The notes: generated by a model from the sequence alone, not told the origin. Positions 35,502 to 49,300 are shown, counted from the first letter of the stretch. The stretch: DNA of 64,000 nucleotides from Sulfurovaceae bacterium (GCA_963676245.1 OY781042.1:1117019-1181018), one strand, 5' to 3'. A program made the numbers and translations.

Positions 35502-38500
35502 TTATAGAACTACATGACCGACATCAGCTTGTACCCAGATTTGAGTCGAAGTGCCTGATGTGTCGGTATAGACATTATAAGTGATACCATCCTGGTTGGT
35601 TTGTCCACTAGTAGCCCAACCGTCTAGATGAACAGTATCATCACTATCACCAAGTATTTTTAGTGTTGTGCTACTATTACCCGTGATATCGAGCACATCA
35701 TCAGCCCCTAGATTATTAAGTGTTACGCCTGCATTGGTAAGATCAAGTACTTCTATATTCGAGAAATTATCTGCACTGTTGAGTGTAATAAAATCAAGAA
35801 TCATGTCTGTCCCAAAAACAAGCGCATCTGTACCATCACCCCCATCTACGCTATCATTTATATTATACAATGTTACACTATCATCGAGTGAACCGCAAAT
35901 AGTTGTTGTGGCCATATCACCTGATTCATCTATTGATGTTACTGAAGATGTTATAGCATCTGTGTCTGTTGAAGTCAAAGGATTAGGAGAGATTATCGAG
36001 ACAACCGCATCCCCATTACCATCAACGGCAACAGTGTAACTTCCATCTCCATTTTGCGTGATCGCATTGCCATCACTATCTTGGAGCGTCACACCTGTTG
36101 GGAGATTGGTAAGTGTGATATCTGAGAGTGTTTCGCTGCCATCTGTTAAGCTTGCATCTAAAGCAATATCGTATTTATAGATATCTAGTGGAAGTGTTAT
36201 GCTAAAGTTGTCGATCCACAAATCTTCACTATGTAGGCTACTAGAATTTTGAATTACAACAACTACTTTTCCGTCACTTCCTACGGTTGCTGTAAATTCT
36301 TGATGAATGCTTCCTGAGTTCATAGTGCCTCTATTGGTATCTAGATCATCTCTGTACAAATTGAGATATTGAGTCCCATTAACAGATACGATCATATTGT
36401 CATCACCTATATCATTCCAATTACTTATCTCTGTATCAAACGATATAGTTACGCTCTTACCGGCGTACTCAACGCCAAAATCAAAAGTTTTTGTTGCTGT
36501 ATCATTATGACCGCCGTCTATGCGTATTGCGTTATTGTCCCGAGTTATATCTGTGCCCGTCCAACCATCAAGGTTGGTATCAAAATTATCAGCATATGTT
36601 ATGTCAGCTATATATGTACCGCTATCGATATCCATAGTCAAAGTAGGTGCATGGGCTAGATATCTCTCATCTGCAAAGTAGGCTACAGATGTTGCAGTAT
36701 CTCCATTGCTATCAGTTGTTATGGCTGTTACATTATAATTGAAACCGCCATCATATCCTGTCGGCAATGTCGCTTGAATGTCAGCTAAGCTTTCTCCTGG
36801 AGCCAGTGTTATAATCCAATCTCCGCTAGCCACATCAAGTGAGCCTTGAGAGAAGGTAGTGCCTGTCGGGAAATCACTGATAATAACTGTTAAGTATTCA
36901 GAGCCATCAGTATCAACAAGATCAACATTCAGATTGAGATCAAAAGTTGCTAATCTTGGATCTTGTCCATTGATAAGCACATTATCAACCATCATGTATG
37001 AATCAATCGTATCATCCCCCGCATTTATAATGGCAAAACCGAGATTTATATATCCATCTGCCGTTGCTACATAAGTAAATGTTTGCCATCCGGTGGTCTC
37101 GATATCATTGTTATTGTCATAATTGAGACCATCATCAGCAATATCACTAGAATCACTCAATTTTGTAATAACCCCATTGACTACAGCAACTGCAACATCA
37201 TCATAAGCTCCAGTAGCAAAATTTTGAGTTTCTGCATTAATGAAATTATATTGAACCGTTATGACATCACCTGCTTTAGCATAAACTTGCGTTTGGATAT
37301 AAGAGCCATCGGTTGCATTATTGTTGGTTGTTGCTGCCGAGAGGTTAGCTGCTGTTACACCAAGTGCTGTAGCTATATCTGCATTAGCAACGCCCTCAGC
37401 TCTTAAAAGTACATGCTGTGTACCCTCTATAGAAGTTAACGCTCCAAGATTTGAATTTGTAAGCGAGTTTGATTCTACAACAACTGTCCCACTGGTTGTC
37501 CATCCGCTTAAGCCATTTGAGCCTTCAAAGTTAGCATTAAATGTATTGGGCGTGAAATCAGGTTCTCCTATAGTAATTATAGGTGCATCGGCAACAGCCG
37601 TGATATTTACGGTTGTTGTATAGCTTGTAGTGCTCCAATCGGTGCCATCATGCGCGCTAAATGTAAAGCTACTATCCGCATCGCTATTGTCGGTTGGATC
37701 AAATGTCAAAAGCCCTGATGTGATATCGACAACCTCAATGACAGTTCCTGCTGGGACAGCTGTTCCGTCTAGATACAAAGTGCCGTTTGTCGGCAATGAG
37801 TCTATTCTGACAAATACTAAATTATCTCCTTCTGCATCGCTATATGTTCCAAAATCATTTATGCTCAGAGTATATACTTCTGTGGTGTTATTCATATCTT
37901 CCAAGATAGTGATAGAATCATCAGTTGAGGTAGGGGCATCATTGACTGCGGTGACATCCACACTTACCGTATAGGTATTTGTACCGCCGTTGCCGTCATC
38001 CACGGTGTAAGTAAATGAATCAGTTCCGTTGTAGTCGGCACTTGGTGTATAGGTATAAGTACCATCAGGATTGATCACTACTGTACCGTTGCTTGGATTC
38101 GTTTCAACGCTATAAGTTGCGCTATCGCCTTCTACATCGCTATAGACAGGAAGTGTACCGCTATATATCACATCTTCATTGGCTACAATAGAAGTATCAC
38201 TTGCGACAGGAGCATCGTTAATAGGAGCCACATGAATATTTAATGTACCTGTATCGCTTAAAGCACCATCTGTTACTGTAAATTCAAATGTATCGTCGCC
38301 ATTAAAGTTTGCTGGCGGTGTGTACTGATAACTTCCATTACTGTTAACAATAATGGTTCCACCTTGAGCGGTTGTATAGGTTCCTGGGACGATACTAAGT
38401 GTATCGCCATCCTCATCGGTATCATACGCAAGAAGACTTGTTTGTGATGTATACGGAACATCCTCTGTTATGAGAACATAATAATCACTTGCTACAGGTG

Positions 38501-38852
38501 CATCATTTACATCTATTGTAGATGCCGGAGTATCACTATCGCTTCCGGTGTTGCCTGAAGTTGATACACCTGAGACTGTATATGTAGGGAGATCCTCACC
38601 TGCGTTGACGAGATCGGCACCTGCTTGTGTAAGTGTCACTTCACCTGTAACCGGATCGATCGCATAGTTGGTTGTATCATCGATACTATATGTAATCGTT
38701 CCGCCATCAACATCACTTCCTGTTGTTGTTCCTACGACATCACCTGCAGCTACTGTATCCTCTGTCGGAGTAATCGTTGCTACAGTATCTATGCTCAAGC
38801 CATCATCGACATCTTGTAGGGAGATCCTCACCTGCGTTGACGAGATCGGCAC
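35502..38852 (-). CDS. Giant adhesin, C-terminal part: one consensus repeat, three NDAP-type cadherin/VCBS-like modules, two putative beta-sandwich binding modules, and a T1SS C-terminal secretion domain
   Basis: The 1116-aa ORF begins with 13 out-of-frame residues (MPISSTQVRISLQ). It then has the consensus repeat, followed by DVNDAPVASD / INDAPVASD / VNDAPTSTD modules. The C-terminus GGDGTDALVF...NIEVLDLTN...LGADDVLDITG...LKILGDSDDTVHLDGW...ITYNVY...VQADVGHVVL matches the VCA0849-type T1SS target domain as I remember it. Confidence 0.8.
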   Translation of the reverse strand: MPISSTQVRISLQDVDDGLSIDTVATITPTEDTVAAGDVVGTTTGSDVDGGTITYSIDDTTNYAIDPVTGEVTLTQAGADLVNAGEDLPTYTVSGVSTSGNTGSDSDTPASTIDVNDAPVASDYYVLITEDVPYTSQTSLLAYDTDEDGDTLSIVPGTYTTAQGGTIIVNSNGSYQYTPPANFNGDDTFEFTVTDGALSDTGTLNIHVAPINDAPVASDTSIVANEDVIYSGTLPVYSDVEGDSATYSVETNPSNGTVVINPDGTYTYTPSADYNGTDSFTYTVDDGNGGTNTYTVSVDVTAVNDAPTSTDDSITILEDMNNTTEVYTLSINDFGTYSDAEGDNLVFVRIDSLPTNGTLYLDGTAVPAGTVIEVVDITSGLLTFDPTDNSDADSSFTFSAHDGTDWSTTSYTTTVNITAVADAPIITIGEPDFTPNTFNANFEGSNGLSGWTTSGTVVVESNSLTNSNLGALTSIEGTQHVLLRAEGVANADIATALGVTAANLSAATTNNNATDGSYIQTQVYAKAGDVITVQYNFINAETQNFATGAYDDVAVAVVNGVITKLSDSSDIADDGLNYDNNNDIETTGWQTFTYVATADGYINLGFAIINAGDDTIDSYMMVDNVLINGQDPRLATFDLNLNVDLVDTDGSEYLTVIISDFPTGTTFSQGSLDVASGDWIITLAPGESLADIQATLPTGYDGGFNYNVTAITTDSNGDTATSVAYFADERYLAHAPTLTMDIDSGTYIADITYADNFDTNLDGWTGTDITRDNNAIRIDGGHNDTATKTFDFGVEYAGKSVTISFDTEISNWNDIGDDNMIVSVNGTQYLNLYRDDLDTNRGTMNSGSIHQEFTATVGSDGKVVVVIQNSSSLHSEDLWIDNFSITLPLDIYKYDIALDASLTDGSETLSDITLTNLPTGVTLQDSDGNAITQNGDGSYTVAVDGNGDAVVSIISPNPLTSTDTDAITSSVTSIDESGDMATTTICGSLDDSVTLYNINDSVDGGDGTDALVFGTDMILDFITLNSADNFSNIEVLDLTNAGVTLNNLGADDVLDITGNSSTTLKILGDSDDTVHLDGWATSGQTNQDGITYNVYTDTSGTSTQIWVQADVGHVVL

Positions 38853-39131
38853 CTGCTTGTGTAAGTGTCACTTCACCTGTAACCGGATCGATCGCATAGT
38901 TGGTTGTATCATCGATACTATATGTAATCGTTCCGCCATCAACATCACTTCCTGTTGTTGTTCCTACGACATCACCTGCAGCTACTGTATCCTCTGTCGG
39001 AGTAATCGTTGCTACAGTATCTATGCTCAAGCCATCATCGACATCTATTGTAGATGCCGGAGTATCACTATCGCTTCCGGTGTTGCCTGAAGTTGATACA
39101 CCTGAGACAGTATCTATGCTCAAGCCATCAT
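38511..39131 (-). repeat. Minus-sense copies of the 300-bp adhesin repeat (one full copy plus two rearranged copies)
   Basis: These are the reverse complement of the array consensus. They contain a 68-nt deletion at about 38814/38815 and a 207-nt deletion at 39108/39109. Confidence 0.85.
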
Positions 39132-39884
39132 TAGATACTGTAGCAACGATTACTCCGACAGAGGATACAGTAGCTGCAGGTGATGTCGTAGGAACAACAA
39201 CAGGAAGTGATGTTGATGGCGGAACGATTACATATAGTATCGATGATACAACCAACTATGCGATCGATCCGGTTACAGGTGAAGTGACACTTACACAAGC
39301 AGGTGCCGATCTCGTCAACGCAGGTGAGGATCTCCCTACATATACAGTCTCAGGTGTATCAACTTCAGGCAACACCGGAAGCGATAGTGATACTCCGGCA
39401 TCTACAATAGATGTCGATGATGGCTTGAGCATAGATACTGTAGCAACGATTACTCCGACAGAGGATACAGTAGCTGCAGGTGATGTCGTAGGAACAACAA
39501 CAGGAAGTGATGTTGATGGCGGAACGATTACATATAGTATCGATGATACAACCAACTATGCGATCGATCCGGTTACAGGTGAAGTGACACTTACACAAGC
39601 AGGTGCCGATCTCGTCAACGCAGGTGAGGATCTCCCTACATATACAGTCTCAGGTGTATCAACTTCAGGCAACACCGGAAGCGATAGTGATACTCCGGCA
39701 TCTACAATAGATGTCGATGATGGCTTGAGCATAGATACTGTAGCAACGATTACTCCGACAGAGGATACAGTAAGCTGCAGGTGATGTCGTAGGAACAACA
39801 ACAGGAAGTGATGTTGATGGCGGAACGATTACATATAGTATCGATGATACAACCAACTATGCGATCGATCCGGTTACAGGTGAA

Positions 39885-41210
39885 GTGACACTTACACAAG
39901 CAGGTGCCGATCTCGTCAACGCAGGTGAGGATCTCCCTACATATACAGTCTCAGGTGTATCAACTTCAGGCAACACCGGAAGCGATAGTGATACTCCGGC
40001 ATCTACAATAGATGTCGATGATGGCTTGAGCATAGATACTGTAGCAACGATTACTCCGACAGAGGATACAGTAGCTGCAGGTGATGTCGTAGGAACAACA
40101 ACAGGAAGTGATGTTGATGGCGGAACGATTACATATAGTATCGATGATACAACCAACTATGCGATCGATCCGGTTACAGGTGAAGTGACACTTACACAAG
40201 CAGGTGCCGATCTCGTCAACGCAGGTGAGGATCTCCCTACATATACAGTCTCAGGTGTATCAACTTCAGGCAACACCGGAAGCGATAGTGATACTCCGGC
40301 ATCTACAATAGATGTCGATGATGGCTTGAGCATAGATACTGTAGCAACGATTACTCCGACAGAGGATACAGTAGCTGCAGGTGATGTCGTAGGAACAACA
40401 ACAGGAAGTGATGTTGATGGCGGAACGATTACATATAGTATCGATGATACAACCAACTATGCGATCGATCCGGTTACAGGTGAAGTGACACTTACACAAG
40501 CAGGTGCCGATCTCGTCAACGCAGGTGAGGATCTCCCTACATATACAGTCTCAGGTGTATCAACTTCAGGCAACACCGGAAGCGATAGTGATACTCCGGC
40601 ATCTACAATAGATGTCGATGATGGCTTGAGCATAGATACTGTAGCAACGATTACTCCGACAGAGGATACAGTAGCTGCAGGTGATGTCGTAGGAACAACA
40701 ACAGGAAGTGATGTTGATGGCGGAACGATTACATATAGTATCGATGATACAACCAACTATGCGATCGATCCGGTTACAGGTGAAGTGACACTTACACAAG
40801 CAGGTGCCGATCTCGTCAACGCAGGTGAGGATCTCCCTACATATACAGTCTCAGGTGTATCAACTTCAGGCAACACCGGAAGCGATAGTGATACTCCGGC
40901 ATCTACAATAGATGTCGATGATGGCTTGAGCATAGATACTGTAGCAACGATTACTCCGACAGAGGATACAGTAGCTGCAGGTGATGTCGTAGGAACAACA
41001 ACAGGAAGTGATGTTGATGGCGGAACGATTACATATAGTATCGATGATACAACCAACTATGCGATCGATCCGGTTACAGGTGAAGTGACACTTACACAAG
41101 CAGTGCCGATCTCGTCAACGCAGGTGAGGATCTCCCTACATATACAGTCTCAGGTGTATCAACTTCAGGCAACACCGGAAGCGATAGTGATACTCCGGCA
41201 TCTACAATAG
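39885..41210 (+). CDS. Repeat-only ORF fragment of the adhesin array (sense frame)
   Basis: 441 codons of consensus repeat, bounded by 1-nt indels at about 39772 and about 41103. Confidence 0.45.
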   Translation: MTLTQAGADLVNAGEDLPTYTVSGVSTSGNTGSDSDTPASTIDVDDGLSIDTVATITPTEDTVAAGDVVGTTTGSDVDGGTITYSIDDTTNYAIDPVTGEVTLTQAGADLVNAGEDLPTYTVSGVSTSGNTGSDSDTPASTIDVDDGLSIDTVATITPTEDTVAAGDVVGTTTGSDVDGGTITYSIDDTTNYAIDPVTGEVTLTQAGADLVNAGEDLPTYTVSGVSTSGNTGSDSDTPASTIDVDDGLSIDTVATITPTEDTVAAGDVVGTTTGSDVDGGTITYSIDDTTNYAIDPVTGEVTLTQAGADLVNAGEDLPTYTVSGVSTSGNTGSDSDTPASTIDVDDGLSIDTVATITPTEDTVAAGDVVGTTTGSDVDGGTITYSIDDTTNYAIDPVTGEVTLTQAVPISSTQVRISLHIQSQVYQLQATPEAIVILRHLQ

Positions 41211-41224
41211 ATGTCGATGATGGC

Positions 41225-42421
41225 TTGAGCATAGATACTGTAGCAACGATTACTCCGACAGAGGATACAGTAGCTGCAGGTGATGTCGTAGGAACAACAA
41301 CAGGAAGTGATGTTGATGGCGGAACGATTACATATAGTATCGATGATACAACCAACTATGCGATCGATCCGGTTACAGGTGAAGTGACACTTACACAAGC
41401 AGGTGCCGATCTCGTCAACGCAGGTGAGGATCTCCCTACATATACAGTCTCAGGTGTATCAACTTCAGGCAACACCGGAAGCGATAGTGATACTCCGGCA
41501 TCTACAATAGATGTCGATGATGGCTTGAGCATAGATACTGTAGCAACGATTACTCCGACAGAGGATACAGTAGCTGCAGGTGATGTCGTAGGAACAACAA
41601 CAGGAAGTGATGTTGATGGCGGAACGATTACATATAGTATCGATGATACAACCAACTATGCGATCGATCCGGTTACAGGTGAAGTGACACTTACACAAGC
41701 AGGTGCCGATCTCGTCAACGCAGGTGAGGATCTCCCTACATATACAGTCTCAGGTGTATCAACTTCAGGCAACACCGGAAGCGATAGTGATACTCCGGCA
41801 TCTACAATAGATGTCGATGATGGCTTGAGCATAGATACTGTAGCAACGATTACTCCGACAGAGGATACAGTAGCTGCAGGTGATGTCGTAGGAACAACAA
41901 CAGGAAGTGATGTTGATGGCGGAACGATTACATATAGTATCGATGATACAACCAACTATGCGATCGATCCGGTTACAGGTGAAGTGACACTTACACAAGC
42001 AGGTGCCGATCTCGTCAACGCAGGTGAGGATCTCCCTACATATACAGTCTCAGGTGTATCAACTTCAGGCAACACCGGAAGCGATAGTGATACTCCGGCA
42101 TCTACAATAGATGTCGATGATGGCTTGAGCATAGATACTGTAGCAACGATTACTCCGACAGAGGATACAGTAGCTGCAGGTGATGTCGTAGGAACAACAA
42201 CAGGAAGTGATGTTGATGGCGGAACGATTACATATAGTATCGATGATACAACCAACTATGCGATCGATCCGGTTACAGGTGAAGTGACACTTACACAAGC
42301 AGGTGCCGATCTCGTCAACGCAGGTGAGGATCTCCCTACATATACAGTCTCAGGTGTATCAACTTCAGGCAACACCGGAAGCGATAGTGATACTCCGGCA
42401 TCTACAATAGATGTCCGATGA
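41225..42421 (+). CDS. Repeat-only ORF fragment of the adhesin array (sense frame)
   Basis: 398 codons of consensus repeat, ended by a 1-nt insertion at about 42416. Confidence 0.45.
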   Translation: MSIDTVATITPTEDTVAAGDVVGTTTGSDVDGGTITYSIDDTTNYAIDPVTGEVTLTQAGADLVNAGEDLPTYTVSGVSTSGNTGSDSDTPASTIDVDDGLSIDTVATITPTEDTVAAGDVVGTTTGSDVDGGTITYSIDDTTNYAIDPVTGEVTLTQAGADLVNAGEDLPTYTVSGVSTSGNTGSDSDTPASTIDVDDGLSIDTVATITPTEDTVAAGDVVGTTTGSDVDGGTITYSIDDTTNYAIDPVTGEVTLTQAGADLVNAGEDLPTYTVSGVSTSGNTGSDSDTPASTIDVDDGLSIDTVATITPTEDTVAAGDVVGTTTGSDVDGGTITYSIDDTTNYAIDPVTGEVTLTQAGADLVNAGEDLPTYTVSGVSTSGNTGSDSDTPASTIDVR

Positions 42422-43321
42422 TGGCTTGAGCATAGATACTGTAGCAACGATTACTCCGACAGAGGATACAGTAGCTGCAGGTGATGTCGTAGGAACAACA
42501 ACAGGAAGTGATGTTGATGGCGGAACGATTACATATAGTATCGATGATACAACCAACTATGCGATCGATCCGGTTACAGGTGAAGTGACACTTACACAAG
42601 CAGGTGCCGATCTCGTCAACGCAGGTGAGGATCTCCCTACATATACAGTCTCAGGTGTATCAACTTCAGGCAACACCGGAAGCGATAGTGATACTCCGGC
42701 ATCTACAATAGATGTCGATGATGGCTTGAGCATAGATACTGTAGCAACGATACTCCGACAGAGGATACAGTAGCTGCAGGTGATGTCGTAGGAACAACAA
42801 CAGGAAGTGATGTTGATGGCGGAACGATTACATATAGTATCGATGATACAACCAACTATGCGATCGATCGGTTACAGGTGAAGTGACACTTACACAAGCA
42901 GGTGCCGATCTCGTCAACGCAGGTGAGGATCTCCCTACATATACAGTCTCAGGTGTATCAACTTCAGGCAACACGGAAGCGATAGTGATACTCCGGCATC
43001 TACAATAGATGTCGATGATGGCTTGAGCATAGATACTGTAGCAACGATTACTCCGACAGAGGATACAGTAGCTGCAGGTGATGTCGTAGGAACAACAACA
43101 GGAAGTGATGTTGATGGCGGAACGATTACATATAGTATCGATGATACAACCAACTATGCGATCGATCCGGTTACAGGTGAAGTGACACTTACACAAGCAG
43201 GTGCCGATCTCGTCAACGCAGGTGAGGATCTCCTACATATACAGTCTCAGGTGTATCAACTTCAGGCAACACCGGAAGCGATAGTGATACTCCGGCATCT
43301 ACAATAGATGTCGATGATGGC

Positions 43322-46300
43322 TTGAGCATAGATACTGTAGCAACGATTACTCCGACAGAGGATACAGTAGCTGCAGGTGATGTCGTAGGAACAACAACAG
43401 GAAGTGATGTTGATGGCGGAACGATTACATATAGTATCGATGATACAACCAACTATGCGATCGATCCGGTTACAGGTGAAGTGACACTTACACAAGCAGG
43501 TGCCGATCTCGTCAACGCAGGTGAGGATCTCCCTACATATACAGTCTCAGGTGTATCAACTTCAGGCAACACCGGAAGCGATAGTGATACTCCGGCATCT
43601 ACAATAGATGTCGATGATGGCTTGAGCATAGATACTGTAGCAACGATTACTCCGACAGAGGATACAGTAGCTGCAGGTGATGTCGTAGGAACAACAACAG
43701 GAAGTGATGTTGATGGCGGAACGATTACATATAGTATCGATGATACAACCAACTATGCGATCGATCCGGTTACAGGTGAAGTGACACTTACACAAGCAGG
43801 TGCCGATCTCGTCAACGCAGGTGAGGATCTCCCTACATATACAGTCTCAGGTGTATCAACTTCAGGCAACACCGGAAGCGATAGTGATACTCCGGCATCT
43901 ACAATAGATGTCGATGATGGCTTGAGCATAGATACTGTAGCAACGATTACTCCGACAGAGGATACAGTAGCTGCAGGTGATGTCGTAGGAACAACAACAG
44001 GAAGTGATGTTGATGGCGGAACGATTACATATAGTATCGATGATACAACCAACTATGCGATCGATCCGGTTACAGGTGAAGTGACACTTACACAAGCAGG
44101 TGCCGATCTCGTCAACGCAGGTGAGGATCTCCCTACATATACAGTCTCAGGTGTATCAACTTCAGGCAACACCGGAAGCGATAGTGATACTCCGGCATCT
44201 ACAATAGATGTCGATGATGGCTTGAGCATAGATACTGTAGCAACGATTACTCCGACAGAGGATACAGTAGCTGCAGGTGATGTCGTAGGAACAACAACAG
44301 GAAGTGATGTTGATGGCGGAACGATTACATATAGTATCGATGATACAACCAACTATGCGATCGATCCGGTTACAGGTGAAGTGACACTTACACAAGCAGG
44401 TGCCGATCTCGTCAACGCAGGTGAGGATCTCCCTACATATACAGTCTCAGGTGTATCAACTTCAGGCAACACCGGAAGCGATAGTGATACTCCGGCATCT
44501 ACAATAGATGTCGATGATGGCTTGAGCATAGATACTGTAGCAACGATTACTCCGACAGAGGATACAGTAGCTGCAGGTGATGTCGTAGGAACAACAACAG
44601 GAAGTGATGTTGATGGCGGAACGATTACATATAGTATCGATGATACAACCAACTATGCGATCGATCCGGTTACAGGTGAAGTGACACTTACACAAGCAGG
44701 TGCCGATCTCGTCAACGCAGGTGAGGATCTCCCTACATATACAGTCTCAGGTGTATCAACTTCAGGCAACACCGGAAGCGATAGTGATACTCCGGCATCT
44801 ACAATAGATGTCGATGATGGCTTGAGCATAGATACTGTAGCAACGATTACTCCGACAGAGGATACAGTAGCTGCAGGTGATGTCGTAGGAACAACAACAG
44901 GAAGTGATGTTGATGGCGGAACGATTACATATAGTATCGATGATACAACCAACTATGCGATCGATCCGGTTACAGGTGAAGTGACACTTACACAAGCAGG
45001 TGCCGATCTCGTCAACGCAGGTGAGGATCTCCCTACATATACAGTCTCAGGTGTATCAACTTCAGGCAACACCGGAAGCGATAGTGATACTCCGGCATCT
45101 ACAATAGATGTCGATGATGGCTTGAGCATAGATACTGTAGCAACGATTACTCCGACAGAGGATACAGTAGCTGCAGGTGATGTCGTAGGAACAACAACAG
45201 GAAGTGATGTTGATGGCGGAACGATTACATATAGTATCGATGATACAACCAACTATGCGATCGATCCGGTTACAGGTGAAGTGACACTTACACAAGCAGG
45301 TGCCGATCTCGTCAACGCAGGTGAGGATCTCCCTACATATACAGTCTCAGGTGTATCAACTTCAGGCAACACCGGAAGCGATAGTGATACTCCGGCATCT
45401 ACAATAGATGTCGATGATGGCTTGAGCATAGATACTGTAGCAACGATTACTCCGACAGAGGATACAGTAGCTGCAGGTGATGTCGTAGGAACAACAACAG
45501 GAAGTGATGTTGATGGCGGAACGATTACATATAGTATCGATGATACAACCAACTATGCGATCGATCCGGTTACAGGTGAAGTGACACTTACACAAGCAGG
45601 TGCCGATCTCGTCAACGCAGGTGAGGATCTCCCTACATATACAGTCTCAGGTGTATCAACTTCAGGCAACACCGGAAGCGATAGTGATACTCCGGCATCT
45701 ACAATAGATGTCGATGATGGCTTGAGCATAGATACTGTAGCAACGATTACTCCGACAGAGGATACAGTAGCTGCAGGTGATGTCGTAGGAACAACAACAG
45801 GAAGTGATGTTGATGGCGGAACGATTACATATAGTATCGATGATACAACCAACTATGCGATCGATCCGGTTACAGGTGAAGTGACACTTACACAAGCAGG
45901 TGCCGATCTCGTCAACGCAGGTGAGGATCTCCCTACATATACAGTCTCAGGTGTATCAACTTCAGGCAACACCGGAAGCGATAGTGATACTCCGGCATCT
46001 ACAATAGATGTCGATGATGGCTTGAGCATAGATACTGTAGCAACGATTACTCCGACAGAGGATACAGTAGCTGCAGGTGATGTCGTAGGAACAACAACAG
46101 GAAGTGATGTTGATGGCGGAACGATTACATATAGTATCGATGATACAACCAACTATGCGATCGATCCGGTTACAGGTGAAGTGACACTTACACAAGCAGG
46201 TGCCGATCTCGTCAACGCAGGTGAGGATCTCCCTACATATACAGTCTCAGGTGTATCAACTTCAGGCAACACCGGAAGCGATAGTGATACTCCGGCATCT

Positions 46301-49300
46301 ACAATAGATGTCGATGATGGCTTGAGCATAGATACTGTAGCAACGATTACTCCGACAGAGGATACAGTAGCTGCAGGTGATGTCGTAGGAACAACAACAG
46401 GAAGTGATGTTGATGGCGGAACGATTACATATAGTATCGATGATACAACCAACTATGCGATCGATCCGGTTACAGGTGAAGTGACACTTACACAAGCAGG
46501 TGCCGATCTCGTCAACGCAGGTGAGGATCTCCCTACATATACAGTCTCAGGTGTATCAACTTCAGGCAACACCGGAAGCGATAGTGATACTCCGGCATCT
46601 ACAATAGATGTCGATGATGGCTTGAGCATAGATACTGTAGCAACGATTACTCCGACAGAGGATACAGTAGCTGCAGGTGATGTCGTAGGAACAACAACAG
46701 GAAGTGATGTTGATGGCGGAACGATTACATATAGTATCGATGATACAACCAACTATGCGATCGATCCGGTTACAGGTGAAGTGACACTTACACAAGCAGG
46801 TGCCGATCTCGTCAACGCAGGTGAGGATCTCCCTACATATACAGTCTCAGGTGTATCAACTTCAGGCAACACCGGAAGCGATAGTGATACTCCGGCATCT
46901 ACAATAGATGTCGATGATGGCTTGAGCATAGATACTGTAGCAACGATTACTCCGACAGAGGATACAGTAGCTGCAGGTGATGTCGTAGGAACAACAACAG
47001 GAAGTGATGTTGATGGCGGAACGATTACATATAGTATCGATGATACAACCAACTATGCGATCGATCCGGTTACAGGTGAAGTGACACTTACACAAGCAGG
47101 TGCCGATCTCGTCAACGCAGGTGAGGATCTCCCTACATATACAGTCTCAGGTGTATCAACTTCAGGCAACACCGGAAGCGATAGTGATACTCCGGCATCT
47201 ACAATAGATGTCGATGATGGCTTGAGCATAGATACTGTAGCAACGATTACTCCGACAGAGGATACAGTAGCTGCAGGTGATGTCGTAGGAACAACAACAG
47301 GAAGTGATGTTGATGGCGGAACGATTACATATAGTATCGATGATACAACCAACTATGCGATCGATCCGGTTACAGGTGAAGTGACACTTACACAAGCAGG
47401 TGCCGATCTCGTCAACGCAGGTGAGGATCTCCCTACATATACAGTCTCAGGTGTATCAACTTCAGGCAACACCGGAAGCGATAGTGATACTCCGGCATCT
47501 ACAATAGATGTCGATGATGGCTTGAGCATAGATACTGTAGCAACGATTACTCCGACAGAGGATACAGTAGCTGCAGGTGATGTCGTAGGAACAACAACAG
47601 GAAGTGATGTTGATGGCGGAACGATTACATATAGTATCGATGATACAACCAACTATGCGATCGATCCGGTTACAGGTGAAGTGACACTTACACAAGCAGG
47701 TGCCGATCTCGTCAACGCAGGTGAGGATCTCCCTACATATACAGTCTCAGGTGTATCAACTTCAGGCAACACCGGAAGCGATAGTGATACTCCGGCATCT
47801 ACAATAGATGTCGATGATGGCTTGAGCATAGATACTGTAGCAACGATTACTCCGACAGAGGATACAGTAGCTGCAGGTGATGTCGTAGGAACAACAACAG
47901 GAAGTGATGTTGATGGCGGAACGATTACATATAGTATCGATGATACAACCAACTATGCGATCGATCCGGTTACAGGTGAAGTGACACTTACACAAGCAGG
48001 TGCCGATCTCGTCAACGCAGGTGAGGATCTCCCTACATATACAGTCTCAGGTGTATCAACTTCAGGCAACACCGGAAGCGATAGTGATACTCCGGCATCT
48101 ACAATAGATGTCGATGATGGCTTGAGCATAGATACTGTAGCAACGATTACTCCGACAGAGGATACAGTAGCTGCAGGTGATGTCGTAGGAACAACAACAG
48201 GAAGTGATGTTGATGGCGGAACGATTACATATAGTATCGATGATACAACCAACTATGCGATCGATCCGGTTACAGGTGAAGTGACACTTACACAAGCAGG
48301 TGCCGATCTCGTCAACGCAGGTGAGGATCTCCCTACATATACAGTCTCAGGTGTATCAACTTCAGGCAACACCGGAAGCGATAGTGATACTCCGGCATCT
48401 ACAATAGATGTCGATGATGGCTTGAGCATAGATACTGTAGCAACGATTACTCCGACAGAGGATACAGTAGCTGCAGGTGATGTCGTAGGAACAACAACAG
48501 GAAGTGATGTTGATGGCGGAACGATTACATATAGTATCGATGATACAACCAACTATGCGATCGATCCGGTTACAGGTGAAGTGACACTTACACAAGCAGG
48601 TGCCGATCTCGTCAACGCAGGTGAGGATCTCCCTACATATACAGTCTCAGGTGTATCAACTTCAGGCAACACCGGAAGCGATAGTGATACTCCGGCATCT
48701 ACAATAGATGTCGATGATGGCTTGAGCATAGATACTGTAGCAACGATTACTCCGACAGAGGATACAGTAGCTGCAGGTGATGTCGTAGGAACAACAACAG
48801 GAAGTGATGTTGATGGCGGAACGATTACATATAGTATCGATGATACAACCAACTATGCGATCGATCCGGTTACAGGTGAAGTGACACTTACACAAGCAGG
48901 TGCCGATCTCGTCAACGCAGGTGAGGATCTCCCTACATATACAGTCTCAGGTGTATCAACTTCAGGCAACACCGGAAGCGATAGTGATACTCCGGCATCT
49001 ACAATAGATGTCGATGATGGCTTGAGCATAGATACTGTAGCAACGATTACTCCGACAGAGGATACAGTAGCTGCAGGTGATGTCGTAGGAACAACAACAG
49101 GAAGTGATGTTGATGGCGGAACGATTACATATAGTATCGATGATACAACCAACTATGCGATCGATCCGGTTACAGGTGAAGTGACACTTACACAAGCAGG
49201 TGCCGATCTCGTCAACGCAGGTGAGGATCTCCCTACATATACAGTCTCAGGTGTATCAACTTCAGGCAACACCGGAAGCGATAGTGATACTCCGGCATCT

